Origin: a virus | Taxonomy: Duplodnaviria > Caudoviricetes | DNA length: 55,762 bases | Virus record (IMG/VR): IMGVR_UViG_3300023055_000266 | Coordinates: 1 to 55,762 of that record | Reading direction: 5' to 3' (one strand) | Shown: in pieces, positions 8,224 to 17,327 of the stretch | Layout: each line of letters starts with the position of its first letter | Position numbering within the stretch: the stretch's first letter is position 1 | Translations under genes and position numbers: made by a program | The notes under the pieces: model-generated | What the model saw: the letters and a program-made list of their open reading frames with translations, nothing else | Told to the model about the DNA's origin: nothing | Database searches by the model: none

Positions 8224-8261
8224 AGCCGTGGGGACTCTCCCCGTTTTCCCACGGCTTTTTT
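8224..8261 (+). terminator. Intrinsic terminator ending the ncRNA cassette
   Basis: AGCCGTGGG/CCCACGGCT stem followed by a T tract. Confidence 0.85.
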
Positions 8262-8329
8262 ATTTACCTGGATTAGAACTAAACTGAAAAATCAATTATT
8301 AATATGAAACTAGAAGGAGGAAATAGAAA

Positions 8330-9244
8330 ATGACCATTCAAGAAAGAATTAAGAAGATTACTGATCCTTCCAAACTAAACAAAGATATTTTCGGCAAGAT
8401 CATTAGTCCTGGATCGTCATTCAATGATTCGGCAAAACCTTTTATTATTTGCAGTATTTCTGGTGGTAGATCGTCTGGGTTAATGGCTTATTTGCTTGAA
8501 AATTGTCCTTTGTACAGTAAGTATGAAAAAGTGTATGTTTTTATGAATACTGGTCGTGAAGATTTGAAAACAATACAATTTCTTAGAGATATACAAGATC
8601 ATATTATCAAAAAACCAATTAATATAATTGAGGCTAAAGTATATCATAATCAAAAAAAATCATCTGGTTTCACATTAAAAACATTTAATAATCTTTCTAT
8701 GAATGGAGAGCCATTTGAGGAAGTTATTAAAAAATATGGTTTACCATCTATAGAATATTTACACTGTAGCCGAGAACTAAAGATCAATCCGATCAATGCC
8801 TTTTTAAAAGACTTAGGATTAAATAAACAAGATTTCAGACAAGCAATTGGCATTCGGATAGACGAAGTTAGACGAATACAAGATCGTCCTGATGATTTTA
8901 TTTATCCATTAGTAGACTTTATAATAAACAAAAAGAATGTAAATGATTTTTGGAATGAACCTGAATTTAAACCTTATGATTTAGGATACGGAGATTGGCA
9001 AGATTATGAAGGTAATTGTGATTTCTGCCATAAAAAAGGTGGAGAAAATCTTGTTAAAAATTTCAGAAAGCATCCAGAAGGTCTGGAATGGTGGAAAAGA
9101 ATGGAAAGACTATATGATAATGGTTATCCAATTTATAGAGATCATAAAACCACATCAGATATAGAAAACAACACCATGGGTAAACAACAAAAATTAGATT
9201 GCTTATGTGGGAATACCCCTGAATTATTTTTTGATTATAACTAA
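8330..9244 (+). CDS. Second PAPS reductase-like protein with putative Fe-S cysteines
   Basis: SISGGRSS PP-loop, NTGRE, HCSRELK, GIRIDEVRR, YPL, GNCDFCHKK, C-terminal CLC. Confidence 0.8.
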   Translation: MTIQERIKKITDPSKLNKDIFGKIISPGSSFNDSAKPFIICSISGGRSSGLMAYLLENCPLYSKYEKVYVFMNTGREDLKTIQFLRDIQDHIIKKPINIIEAKVYHNQKKSSGFTLKTFNNLSMNGEPFEEVIKKYGLPSIEYLHCSRELKINPINAFLKDLGLNKQDFRQAIGIRIDEVRRIQDRPDDFIYPLVDFIINKKNVNDFWNEPEFKPYDLGYGDWQDYEGNCDFCHKKGGENLVKNFRKHPEGLEWWKRMERLYDNGYPIYRDHKTTSDIENNTMGKQQKLDCLCGNTPELFFDYN

Positions 9245-9252
9245 AATTAGAC

Positions 9253-9630
9253 TTGAAAATTTTGATACACTTAATTTATATCTACTTCGTTGTAAATGCA
9301 TTCTTATCAGGAATATTTTTTGATGACAACAAAGCTATGTCATTCACTTTACTTTTTTGCGGTATTCCACTTTATATACTTATTTTTTGTTGGCTGTACA
9401 TATTCAAAAAGCCTATTTTTTGGATAGAAAATAATCTGCTATTATTAGGATGGTACAGGTTATTTCTTACAAATTATTTTGCTCAAATGGATAATCAAAC
9501 AATTGACATAAGGAAAAAGCAATATTTTGGATTTTACAAAAACAGCAGTGCTAATAAGTATCAGCGCTTTTTTCTGCGCCAACTTGATAAAAAATACAAT
9601 TACGGAATTACCAAAAAAGACTTGCTATGA
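9253..9630 (+). CDS. Hypothetical membrane protein
   Basis: Two N-terminal hydrophobic segments; TTG start. Confidence 0.55.
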   Translation: MKILIHLIYIYFVVNAFLSGIFFDDNKAMSFTLLFCGIPLYILIFCWLYIFKKPIFWIENNLLLLGWYRLFLTNYFAQMDNQTIDIRKKQYFGFYKNSSANKYQRFFLRQLDKKYNYGITKKDLL

Positions 9631-9839
9631 ATTTCTACTGCCAAAAGATATGTGGAGAAGAAGGCTTCTCTATTGATGAATGGAATAAGGTAAGTAAGGA
9701 CCTGGATAAAACAAATCTTTCCGAACAAGATAAGCAAGACATCCTGTTTCCTCCCAAATGTGAAAAGCAATGCTTCGACTGTTTAGCCTTAGTCGGAGAG
9801 AGGCAAATTAAAACCAAGAATTTACTAAACAATGAATAA
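9627..9839 (+). CDS. Small Cys-rich hypothetical protein
   Basis: CQKIC and CEKQCFDC; ATGA overlap with the upstream gene. Confidence 0.55.
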   Translation: MNFYCQKICGEEGFSIDEWNKVSKDLDKTNLSEQDKQDILFPPKCEKQCFDCLALVGERQIKTKNLLNNE

Positions 9840-10095
9840 AAAAAGTACCGAGCCTAAAGACGAACTAATCATCATCAGATCAAGATTCGTGGACAACCTT
9901 AAAAACTATAGGAAATCCAGACGTTACACTCAAGCAATGTTAGCTGATAAATTAGGAATCAAAAGAGCTACATTAGCGTCCTACGAGGAGAATCGGTCCT
10001 TTCCTAGTCCATTGGTATTATGTAGACTATCAAGGCTTACAAAGGCTCGTATTGAGTCTTTTTTGAAAGGTCATATTGTTTGGCAGGAAATTTAG
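9832..10095 (+). CDS. XRE-family HTH regulator
   Basis: NLKNYRKSRRYTQAMLADKLGIKRATLASYEENRSFP. Confidence 0.9.
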   Translation: MNKKSTEPKDELIIIRSRFVDNLKNYRKSRRYTQAMLADKLGIKRATLASYEENRSFPSPLVLCRLSRLTKARIESFLKGHIVWQEI

Positions 10096-10107
10096 TATAT
10101 TCGATAT

Positions 10108-10803
10108 ATGAAAGAAACTTACCTGGAACATCTGATTACTGATAAAAATGTCACTTTGTGGAATAAGATAATTGATAAGGATTCAGTAAATATTGTATTA
10201 TGGGATAAACCTTATTCGGAATTGTTCTCAAATATTTATGGATCTGAGATCAGGATGACATCCTTAGATACGGATATTTTTAATCACGAACTGTGTCATT
10301 TGTATATTAATCAATTATTTGATGGTTTATATTATAGTTTAAAAAGTCGTATGCCTGAAGAACTATTCAATTTTGTATCAGGTGGTTGTCTTCAGCATAT
10401 GGCAAATTGTCTTGAACACAAATTATTTTTCAATTTATATCAAGAAATTGGTGGTAATCCATTAAGCTTTACTACAGATTTTAAAAGTAAAAAAGGCAAT
10501 AATTTTCATAACCAAATAAAATCACTGACCTTAAATTATCTGGATCGTTATTTAGGAAATTTGTTTTCAATTTTAGGCGATTGTAATGATAGTATTTCTT
10601 ATAATGAGGAATTGAACAAATATAAAATTATTTCACCTGAAGTATTTGCTGCAAGTATTAATTTATTTGAGGAAATAAGGGAGATAGGTATCCGTGAACA
10701 GCTCGAAGATTTTGAGATTGGGGATAATGGTGTAGTCATAAACAAAACACATAACAATTCTTCACAAGATTTTTGGGAAATTGTCGTGAAAGAGTTTGTT
10801 TAA
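10108..10803 (+). CDS. Putative HExxH Zn-metalloprotease-like protein
   Basis: FNHELCHLY plus downstream NCLEH. Confidence 0.55.
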   Translation: MKETYLEHLITDKNVTLWNKIIDKDSVNIVLWDKPYSELFSNIYGSEIRMTSLDTDIFNHELCHLYINQLFDGLYYSLKSRMPEELFNFVSGGCLQHMANCLEHKLFFNLYQEIGGNPLSFTTDFKSKKGNNFHNQIKSLTLNYLDRYLGNLFSILGDCNDSISYNEELNKYKIISPEVFAASINLFEEIREIGIREQLEDFEIGDNGVVINKTHNNSSQDFWEIVVKEFV

Positions 10804-10809
10804 AATAAA

Positions 10810-11181
10810 GTGCATATGGAGGATGAATTTTTAAATTCAGGATATCCAAATTGGCCAGCAACAGGAGAAATACCAAAGATGGGTGTCCCTCGCAAATTAA
10901 CGGACAAAGAACTCAAGGAAATTGATGAAATGATGCACGGCAACAAAGACACCTTAAGAATTAAAGAGGTAATGGGATCCCTTAGTAAAGACATGGGGCA
11001 AGTCATTTGGATAGATGAAGTCTCTAGTTTGACCAGTGTAACCAGGATTAAAATCCCTCGAAAGCTTAAAAAGCAAATGAAGAAGGTGGGGAGTTGGAAT
11101 AATCCAGTTATTGAGTTCTCCGGAGAAGCTACAGAATACAATATTAAATCATCCGATAGAGCTGTATGGTTAGGATTATAA
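10810..11181 (+). CDS. Hypothetical protein
   Basis: ORF ends just before a terminator; likely ATG at 10816. Confidence 0.55.
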   Translation: MHMEDEFLNSGYPNWPATGEIPKMGVPRKLTDKELKEIDEMMHGNKDTLRIKEVMGSLSKDMGQVIWIDEVSSLTSVTRIKIPRKLKKQMKKVGSWNNPVIEFSGEATEYNIKSSDRAVWLGL

Positions 11182-11186
11182 AAGTA

Positions 11187-11206
11187 AAGCCCCATATAGG
11201 GGCTTT
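11187..11206. terminator. Bidirectional terminator
   Basis: AAAGCCCC-ATAT-AGGGGCTTT between convergent genes. Confidence 0.75.
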
Positions 11207-11227
11207 ATTCTTTAATGATTATTTGTT

Positions 11228-12196
11228 TTATATCTTAACGCCACTATTTATATTGAACCTATAGATCTTATTTTCAGTTTTTTCAACAAGATTATTTTTG
11301 CCGTCCCAAAGTTTTGTGTAGATTTCAAATTCAACAACAACAGTAGATCCTTCAATTTTTATTGTTTTTTTCCTTCGCTCGATCTCTCCCGTTTTTAGAG
11401 ATAAAAGTGGTAAATATATACCGGTTTGATCTTCCCAATTTTTAACAACCATTCCGTTATTTAAGCCTATTTTTGCACTTTCAGTGGTATAATAACCTGT
11501 ATATTTAGATGGTTTAATAGTGATGATATCATTAGCATCGTTAAATATCAAAAACTCATTATTACTTAAATTCGTCCAGTTATACCAATATTTATATGAT
11601 TTAATTTCATTTAAATTTAATGGGTCTACAAAATGTAACACATTATCCGTTATATGATATAAGTATTTCCCAGATTTTTTAAAAATTATCCGATTCCAAC
11701 CGGAGTATTCTATTTCATTTTTAAATGATTTAAATTCATGCAATTTCGAGTCGTTAGTTTTATAAACATTTATTAATTTTATATCCTTAGTATCATAGTT
11801 TTTTAAAGATTTATCTACGAATATTATTGATACGGCATTTAAATTAATATGTTGATTTGGTAGGGCAACCAAGGCTATTTTTAAGTCTTTATTTGTATGG
11901 GGTGCATTATATGAGCTGATCAGTTTGTCTTTTTTATCAAAGTAAAAAACGTCTATATCAGTATCATTGTTAACAGCCACTATTACAGTGTCACGATCTG
12001 AAATATTACTTATGGATCCAGCACTATATTTGTCAATATTTGGAATGGATGATCTATATTTGTCTTTCAAATACTCAAATATGGATTTTGGTTCAAAAGG
12101 TTTTTCAGGAGTAATATCATTGGTTCCAGAACTGCCCTTACTGCATGATGCAAATGTTGATGCTACTACTAAAATTAGTATTAAGTATTTCTTCAT
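11228..12196 (-). CDS. Lipoprotein (moron)
   Basis: Signal peptide MKKYLILILVVASTFAS-C-SK; AT-rich; opposite strand to structural genes. Confidence 0.8.
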   Translation of the reverse strand: MKKYLILILVVASTFASCSKGSSGTNDITPEKPFEPKSIFEYLKDKYRSSIPNIDKYSAGSISNISDRDTVIVAVNNDTDIDVFYFDKKDKLISSYNAPHTNKDLKIALVALPNQHINLNAVSIIFVDKSLKNYDTKDIKLINVYKTNDSKLHEFKSFKNEIEYSGWNRIIFKKSGKYLYHITDNVLHFVDPLNLNEIKSYKYWYNWTNLSNNEFLIFNDANDIITIKPSKYTGYYTTESAKIGLNNGMVVKNWEDQTGIYLPLLSLKTGEIERRKKTIKIEGSTVVVEFEIYTKLWDGKNNLVEKTENKIYRFNINSGVKI

Positions 12197-12213
12197 AATT
12201 TATTAAATGTATT

Positions 12214-12768
12214 TTATTTTATTGTTTTCATCTCATTTGATCCCTGCACTCTGAAATCAAATGAATGTTGTACTTCCAAACTTCCATTCTTCACAACTAC
12301 TACTAAATTCTTGTATGTTGATTCTCCTGATTTTTTGAATTGATCATTTGCCCATCTATTACTAAAGAAAGGCAGAGCAAGAACTGTTTGCTCTTTGCTC
12401 ATTAATCTTTTTGATGTAGAAGTCTTTGGAGCAATTTTGATGTCTTGCAATGGTTTATCGGCATCCAACAATATTGTCTCGTCTGTAATTACTGATTCTG
12501 TCTCGCCTCCTGAGACGAAGTAAGAATCATTTAAGGATAATAGGGCCATTGAATCGGTATTGTTTTTTATTCTCACCTCAATATCTGTTGGCGTTAACCT
12601 GGATATCTGAAACTCAAAGCCATCATGTTCGAATTTTAAGCCTATTGGGTTTTTACCTTCAATTGATACTGTTGTTCCTCCCACGGAATAGCCTTCGATT
12701 TTTGTATTCTGAGCATTAACAGAAGATCCAGCAATAAGCATGGCTAGGATAAAAATATACTTTCTCAT
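12214..12768 (-). CDS. Secreted protein (moron)
   Basis: Signal peptide MRKYIFILAMLIAGSSVNA-Q; own TATATTTG promoter box at 12801-12794. Confidence 0.8.
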   Translation of the reverse strand: MRKYIFILAMLIAGSSVNAQNTKIEGYSVGGTTVSIEGKNPIGLKFEHDGFEFQISRLTPTDIEVRIKNNTDSMALLSLNDSYFVSGGETESVITDETILLDADKPLQDIKIAPKTSTSKRLMSKEQTVLALPFFSNRWANDQFKKSGESTYKNLVVVVKNGSLEVQHSFDFRVQGSNEMKTIK

Positions 12769-12828
12769 TCGATGAATTGTTTGATTTATATTTCAAATAT
12801 AATATTCTTAAGATTAAAACGGTCTTTA

Positions 12829-12894
12829 AATGTTTCAATACCTTAATTGAAGCCTAAAAAATCGCTCATAGAAATAGTATGCTAGACCTTTGTG
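12829..12894 (+). promoter_or_regulatory. Putative late promoter (head operon)
   Basis: AATGTTTCAATACCTTAAT-N40-CTTTGTG; same architecture at 17328-17393. Confidence 0.6.
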
Positions 12895-12924
12895 TTAACT
12901 CAAAAAAAACATAATAGTTAACGC

Positions 12925-13566
12925 ATGAATATTCAAGAACGAGTACTAACCACTTTGAAACCTTTAGTTGCAAGTAAAGGGTTCGGAGATAAGGCAGTTC
13001 AAGGGTTGGCAACAAACCTTAGTGCAGGCCTAACAGAAGAGAGCACGGATGAGGATATTAATACGGCAATTAACGGTGCTATGCCTTTATTCGATATTAT
13101 GCAGTCAGAAAACACTCGCTACGTAAACGAATGGAAGAAAAAGAACCCAACGCCTACTAATCCAAATCCTAACCCAGCTCAAACCCCAAATCCTACTACA
13201 CCAGAACCTACGGGATCAGAAAAGGTAATTGCGGAGTTGGCAAAAAAAGTTGATTTGCTCTTACAGCAAAACAGCCAATTATCCCTAAAACAAAAATGGG
13301 ATAAGTTAGCAGAAGCTAACGGAATCACTAATGAGTTTTTAATTAATAAGTGTCAACCTCAAACAGAGGAAGATTTTGACATTGCAATTGAAGAGTTAAA
13401 AAACTTTAATAAAGATTTCGTTAAACATACGGCAAATGAAAAATCACCCGGTAAACCAAATACAGGGGGAGTCACATTGCCCGAGGCTTCCAAAACATTA
13501 ACAGCTACAGGAAAACAAGTTCTTGCAAGCTTACAGGCTCAAAACGAGCTAATCAAAAATAAATAA
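12925..13566 (+). CDS. Capsid scaffolding protein
   Basis: Position before head genes; Pro/Asn/Thr-rich linker and helical C-terminus. Confidence 0.7.
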   Translation: MNIQERVLTTLKPLVASKGFGDKAVQGLATNLSAGLTEESTDEDINTAINGAMPLFDIMQSENTRYVNEWKKKNPTPTNPNPNPAQTPNPTTPEPTGSEKVIAELAKKVDLLLQQNSQLSLKQKWDKLAEANGITNEFLINKCQPQTEEDFDIAIEELKNFNKDFVKHTANEKSPGKPNTGGVTLPEASKTLTATGKQVLASLQAQNELIKNK

Positions 13567-13577
13567 GGAGGGAATTA

Positions 13578-14120
13578 ATGAATACTCAAAGAGAAACATA
13601 TAATGCCGGTATTCCGGTATTCCAGCACGATAAAAGTTTACAAGTGCTGACTGGTGGTTTCACTCTTGATGTTTCAGGGTATGCTGACGGATCCGTTATT
13701 TTATCGGGTACTGCTATCATGGTTGATGAAACTGCTCGTACAGCAGTTGCAGTTAAAAGCGCAACTGTTACAAAGGCAATTCTAACCGCTGATACTTCAA
13801 TTGAAATTGCTAAAGGTCATTCGCTTGTAGTGGGTGATAAACTGAACGGAAAGGTCATTTCAACTATTGACAAAACTACTAACACTACACACGATGTGAT
13901 CGAATTAGCAACTGCTTATGGTAAAGCTGAGGCGATTGGAAATAAAATTGGTAGTGGTGATGGTAACTCATTGTTGTATAATCCTGTTCAAGTAAAAACA
14001 GGAAACGTTCACCCTGTTACTGCAGTTGTAGGAGGTTTGGTATACGCTCGTAGAATCGGATTTATTTCTGCTGCTACTAAAGCAAGCTTGCCAAACGTCA
14101 TTTTTTCACAAACAAAATAA
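13578..14120 (+). CDS. Head decoration protein
   Basis: Between scaffold and major capsid; GGFTLD N-terminus, LPNVIF C-terminus. Confidence 0.65.
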   Translation: MNTQRETYNAGIPVFQHDKSLQVLTGGFTLDVSGYADGSVILSGTAIMVDETARTAVAVKSATVTKAILTADTSIEIAKGHSLVVGDKLNGKVISTIDKTTNTTHDVIELATAYGKAEAIGNKIGSGDGNSLLYNPVQVKTGNVHPVTAVVGGLVYARRIGFISAATKASLPNVIFSQTK

Positions 14121-14129
14121 TTAGGGTAA

Positions 14130-15221
14130 ATGGAATATCAAAAATCAAAACTATTAGCATTCTTAGCCGCAGAAGGATTAACGCCTGATGTCGTTTTAGA
14201 AGCGAATAACGCTCGATTTGCTCCTACTTGGTACCAAAAATACTTTAGAACGGAAGCTCCGAGCGTTTCATTAGATTTTACCACTATCATTGGAGAAGAC
14301 GGGATCGAATCCTTAGCTTCTGTAATCAGTCGTGAATCTGAATTTACTTTACGTGCTCGTAAAGGAATCGAAAAACTAAAGGGTGAAGTACCGGCTATTG
14401 GTGTTAGACGTAAGTTAAATGCTCAAGAACTTCGTAATATTGAATTATTACTAACTTCTCCCTCGGTTTCATCTTCTCAGCGCTTGACCTCAGTAATCAC
14501 CAGTATGATTGATGATTATCTGTACACTAGAAATTCAGTTTCTCGTCGTGTGGATAGTATGGTAAAACAAGGTCTGTCAACTGGTCGAATCACAATCGAT
14601 ACAACTAATAACCCTGATGGTATCGTCTTCGATGTACCAGTACTTCCAGAAGATAACATCTCGTTTTCTAGTGGTGATTGGGGTAATCCTGACACTGATA
14701 TTATCGCAGATATCACCAAGGAGTACCAAAAGTCGGAAGATGCAACAGACTCTCAGGTTGTCAGTAAGATCCTTATCAAGCGAGCACTGTGGAGAAAGAT
14801 TGCTAATAACAAATCTGTACAGGCATATGTTAAAGCTTACATTGGAAACAGTGGTGCTAAATACGTTCCTACCTTATCGAACGTTAATGATGCTTTGGAA
14901 GAAAACTTATTAGCAACATTTGAGATTGTCGATGACAAAGCAGCAGTAGAAGCTGACGGTGTACAATCTACTTTCAATTCATGGGAAGGGAACAATGCGA
15001 TCTTTATTCCAGGAGGTGAATTGGGTGTTATTCATAATGCTTTGGCTGATGAGCAACTGAATCCTGTTAACGGGATCGAGTATATTACCTCGGGTGGAAT
15101 TTTACTTTCACGTTGGAGAGAGCGCAAACCTTTATGTGAGATCACCGAAGCAGAGTATAATGCGTTCCCTGGTTTCAAAGCTGCTAAATCAATCCGCATC
15201 GTAAAAACTCAGGGTCAGTAA
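14130..15221 (+). CDS. Major capsid protein (lambda gpE-like)
   Basis: 363 aa; GEVPAIGVRRKL, QGLSTGRI, DIIADI motifs; synteny. Confidence 0.85.
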   Translation: MEYQKSKLLAFLAAEGLTPDVVLEANNARFAPTWYQKYFRTEAPSVSLDFTTIIGEDGIESLASVISRESEFTLRARKGIEKLKGEVPAIGVRRKLNAQELRNIELLLTSPSVSSSQRLTSVITSMIDDYLYTRNSVSRRVDSMVKQGLSTGRITIDTTNNPDGIVFDVPVLPEDNISFSSGDWGNPDTDIIADITKEYQKSEDATDSQVVSKILIKRALWRKIANNKSVQAYVKAYIGNSGAKYVPTLSNVNDALEENLLATFEIVDDKAAVEADGVQSTFNSWEGNNAIFIPGGELGVIHNALADEQLNPVNGIEYITSGGILLSRWRERKPLCEITEAEYNAFPGFKAAKSIRIVKTQGQ

Positions 15222-15261
15222 AATTTTTTGCATTTAAATATATCGAAAAAGAATATTTGAT

Positions 15262-15588
15262 ATGATAATTAAAGAAGCCTTTCAGCAGTTTTTAGGGGTT
15301 AACGATGTTGATAGCAAAGCCATTGATCTTGCGTTATTAAATGCTGGTCTTGACGGACAGCAGGACTATGACGCAAGTTTCAAAGGTCGTGTTGAGAGTG
15401 GGGCCATTGACTTATTGTTTCAGTTGTACACTGTTGTATCTGAATCAGAAAGCCAATATAGCACCTCCAAGGATGCAAAGCTTATGCGTGATAGGCTTCT
15501 TTATTTAGCTCGTAAGTATGGACGAAAAGATATTGAAAGCGCCTTAATAGGCCGAGTAACTGTAAGGGACATTAGCAGGATCCGATGA
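15262..15588 (+). CDS. Head-tail connector/adaptor
   Basis: Synteny; SESESQYS..RDRLLYLARKYG. Confidence 0.65.
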   Translation: MIIKEAFQQFLGVNDVDSKAIDLALLNAGLDGQQDYDASFKGRVESGAIDLLFQLYTVVSESESQYSTSKDAKLMRDRLLYLARKYGRKDIESALIGRVTVRDISRIR

Positions 15589-15923
15589 TAAAACGACGAA
15601 TACATATTCTAAAAGCCACTGTCATTAAAGCTCAAGAACCTTATCAGGATCAAGATGGAAACATGGTTTTTCCTGAAGAATCAAAAATTGAAATTGAGGA
15701 ATCGAGCAGAGCAGAAAGCAATACTATTGATGGGCGCAAACCTGTGACAGATGGTTATGTGCTAGATTATAGCTATTTGGTTTTTACAAGCAAAGATATC
15801 GAACTGCTTCCTATTGGAACAGATGTTAAGATTTTGGTTGAAGGAAGTAGCGAAGTATTTGGAGAGGGTAAAGTGGTGAAGTTTGAGAGAGGGCAAAGAG
15901 TTGCAAGGGTATGGCTGAAATAA
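15585..15923 (+). CDS. Head closure/stopper protein
   Basis: Synteny; beta-rich 112 aa ending RVWL. Confidence 0.6.
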   Translation: MIKRRIHILKATVIKAQEPYQDQDGNMVFPEESKIEIEESSRAESNTIDGRKPVTDGYVLDYSYLVFTSKDIELLPIGTDVKILVEGSSEVFGEGKVVKFERGQRVARVWLK

Positions 15924-16336
15924 GTATTAAGCCAAAGTTTAAGATGGGCGAGGTTAAAAAAGCCTTTAAAGAATTTGAAGATCATATTAATGATCATGTC
16001 GTGGAGGTTTTAAAGAGACTGGCCGATAGTTCAGCTGATGATCTAAGAAAGAATGCAGATTTCCTTAACCACTCTTTCAACTTAAGGAGCTCACTTGGTG
16101 CTGTTGTTTTTCGTGATGGTGTAATTGTTCATCAAAACTTTTTAGAGGTTGGTGGAGGTGCTGAAGGACTTAGAAAAGGAAAGGAAGTTGCAGAGGCTAA
16201 TGTCCCTCAAACAGGAATCGGAATGATGCTTATTGCAGGAGAGGACTATGCTTTATACGTAGAAGCAAAAGATAATAAATGGGTTATATCTGGAAGCTCA
16301 ATCGAGTTGTCCAGAACATTACAGAAATTAATATGA
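15911..16336 (+). CDS. Neck/tail completion protein (HK97 gp10-like)
   Basis: NLRSSLG and AGEDYALYVE motifs. Confidence 0.7.
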   Translation: MAEISIKPKFKMGEVKKAFKEFEDHINDHVVEVLKRLADSSADDLRKNADFLNHSFNLRSSLGAVVFRDGVIVHQNFLEVGGGAEGLRKGKEVAEANVPQTGIGMMLIAGEDYALYVEAKDNKWVISGSSIELSRTLQKLI

Positions 16337-16755
16337 CAGCATCAGAGGCTTTGGATCACCTTTTTTCAATTGTTTGGGTAAGTTCCCTTAAGACAAATAT
16401 TTCAGGTGAATTGAGAAGGTATTTAAGACCAACAAACAGCGATAAGGAAGATGTCACACTTAATTTACTTAATCCAGTTGATTTTGAACAGCTTCAATCT
16501 GGAATATTTAACATGAATGTTTTTGTACCAAATCCCGAGTATAGCAAAACTATTGATGGTAAGCCTGTACGGCTTAAAGACATCCCCAACAATCAGCGAA
16601 TAGCAGTTTTATCTGCGTTGTCTACTCTTGCTCTTAAATTTCAATATGACAAGGCTAAGCATGTTGCTATAGAGCTTCAAACGCAGAATATTCTTACAGA
16701 AAGCGAGCAAACAATAATTAATAACAGAGTGAAATTGACAATTAAAAACTTATAA
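16333..16755 (+). CDS. Tail terminator protein
   Basis: Synteny before tail tube; RPTNSDKED..QSG..NVFVPN. Confidence 0.6.
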   Translation: MTASEALDHLFSIVWVSSLKTNISGELRRYLRPTNSDKEDVTLNLLNPVDFEQLQSGIFNMNVFVPNPEYSKTIDGKPVRLKDIPNNQRIAVLSALSTLALKFQYDKAKHVAIELQTQNILTESEQTIINNRVKLTIKNL

Positions 16756-16757
16756 TC

Positions 16758-17267
16758 ATGGCAGTAGAAAACTCAAGTCTTGGATTAAAGTATATTGGTG
16801 TAGCAGATGTGGATCCCTTAGCGATTCCAGAAATTTATACCGAATTAGAAGATGCGCAGATTGATTCTGCTAGCGTAACAGAAAGTGAGCCCTCAACAGA
16901 GGATATTCGAACCGAGCAAAAGCCTGGTATTTATCGTACGATTACTACTGAAGAAGGGTCTACAGTATTTACAGTACAATTGTACGATGTTTCAGCGGAT
17001 AATTTAGAATTGCTTAAAGGCGGAACTGTTACGGCTCCTGCAGCAGGAAAAGGGAAAAGATGGTCCAATAAAAATGCCTCCTTTGAAGTAAACAAAGCTT
17101 TGAAATTAGAGACATTAGACGGATTCAAATATTATATTCCAAATGGTAAAGTTGTAGCACTTGTAACCTTTGCTTTGGCAAAGTCAGCTCTTGCGACTAT
17201 TACTTTGACTATCACCGCACAGGATCACGCAGAAGGTTCGGTACTTTGGGAAGAACCTGCAGCATAA
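16758..17267 (+). CDS. Major tail tube protein
   Basis: 169 aa acidic, beta-rich protein; followed by a terminator and the chaperone gene. Confidence 0.75.
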   Translation: MAVENSSLGLKYIGVADVDPLAIPEIYTELEDAQIDSASVTESEPSTEDIRTEQKPGIYRTITTEEGSTVFTVQLYDVSADNLELLKGGTVTAPAAGKGKRWSNKNASFEVNKALKLETLDGFKYYIPNGKVVALVTFALAKSALATITLTITAQDHAEGSVLWEEPAA

Positions 17268-17290
17268 AATAAAATCTTATACTTTATAAT

Positions 17291-17319
17291 AAAACCTCTA
17301 TTCATTATAGAGGTTTTTT
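17291..17319 (+). terminator. Intrinsic terminator
   Basis: AAAACCTCTAT/ATAGAGGTTTT plus T tract. Confidence 0.8.
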
Positions 17320-17327
17320 GGTTTAGT

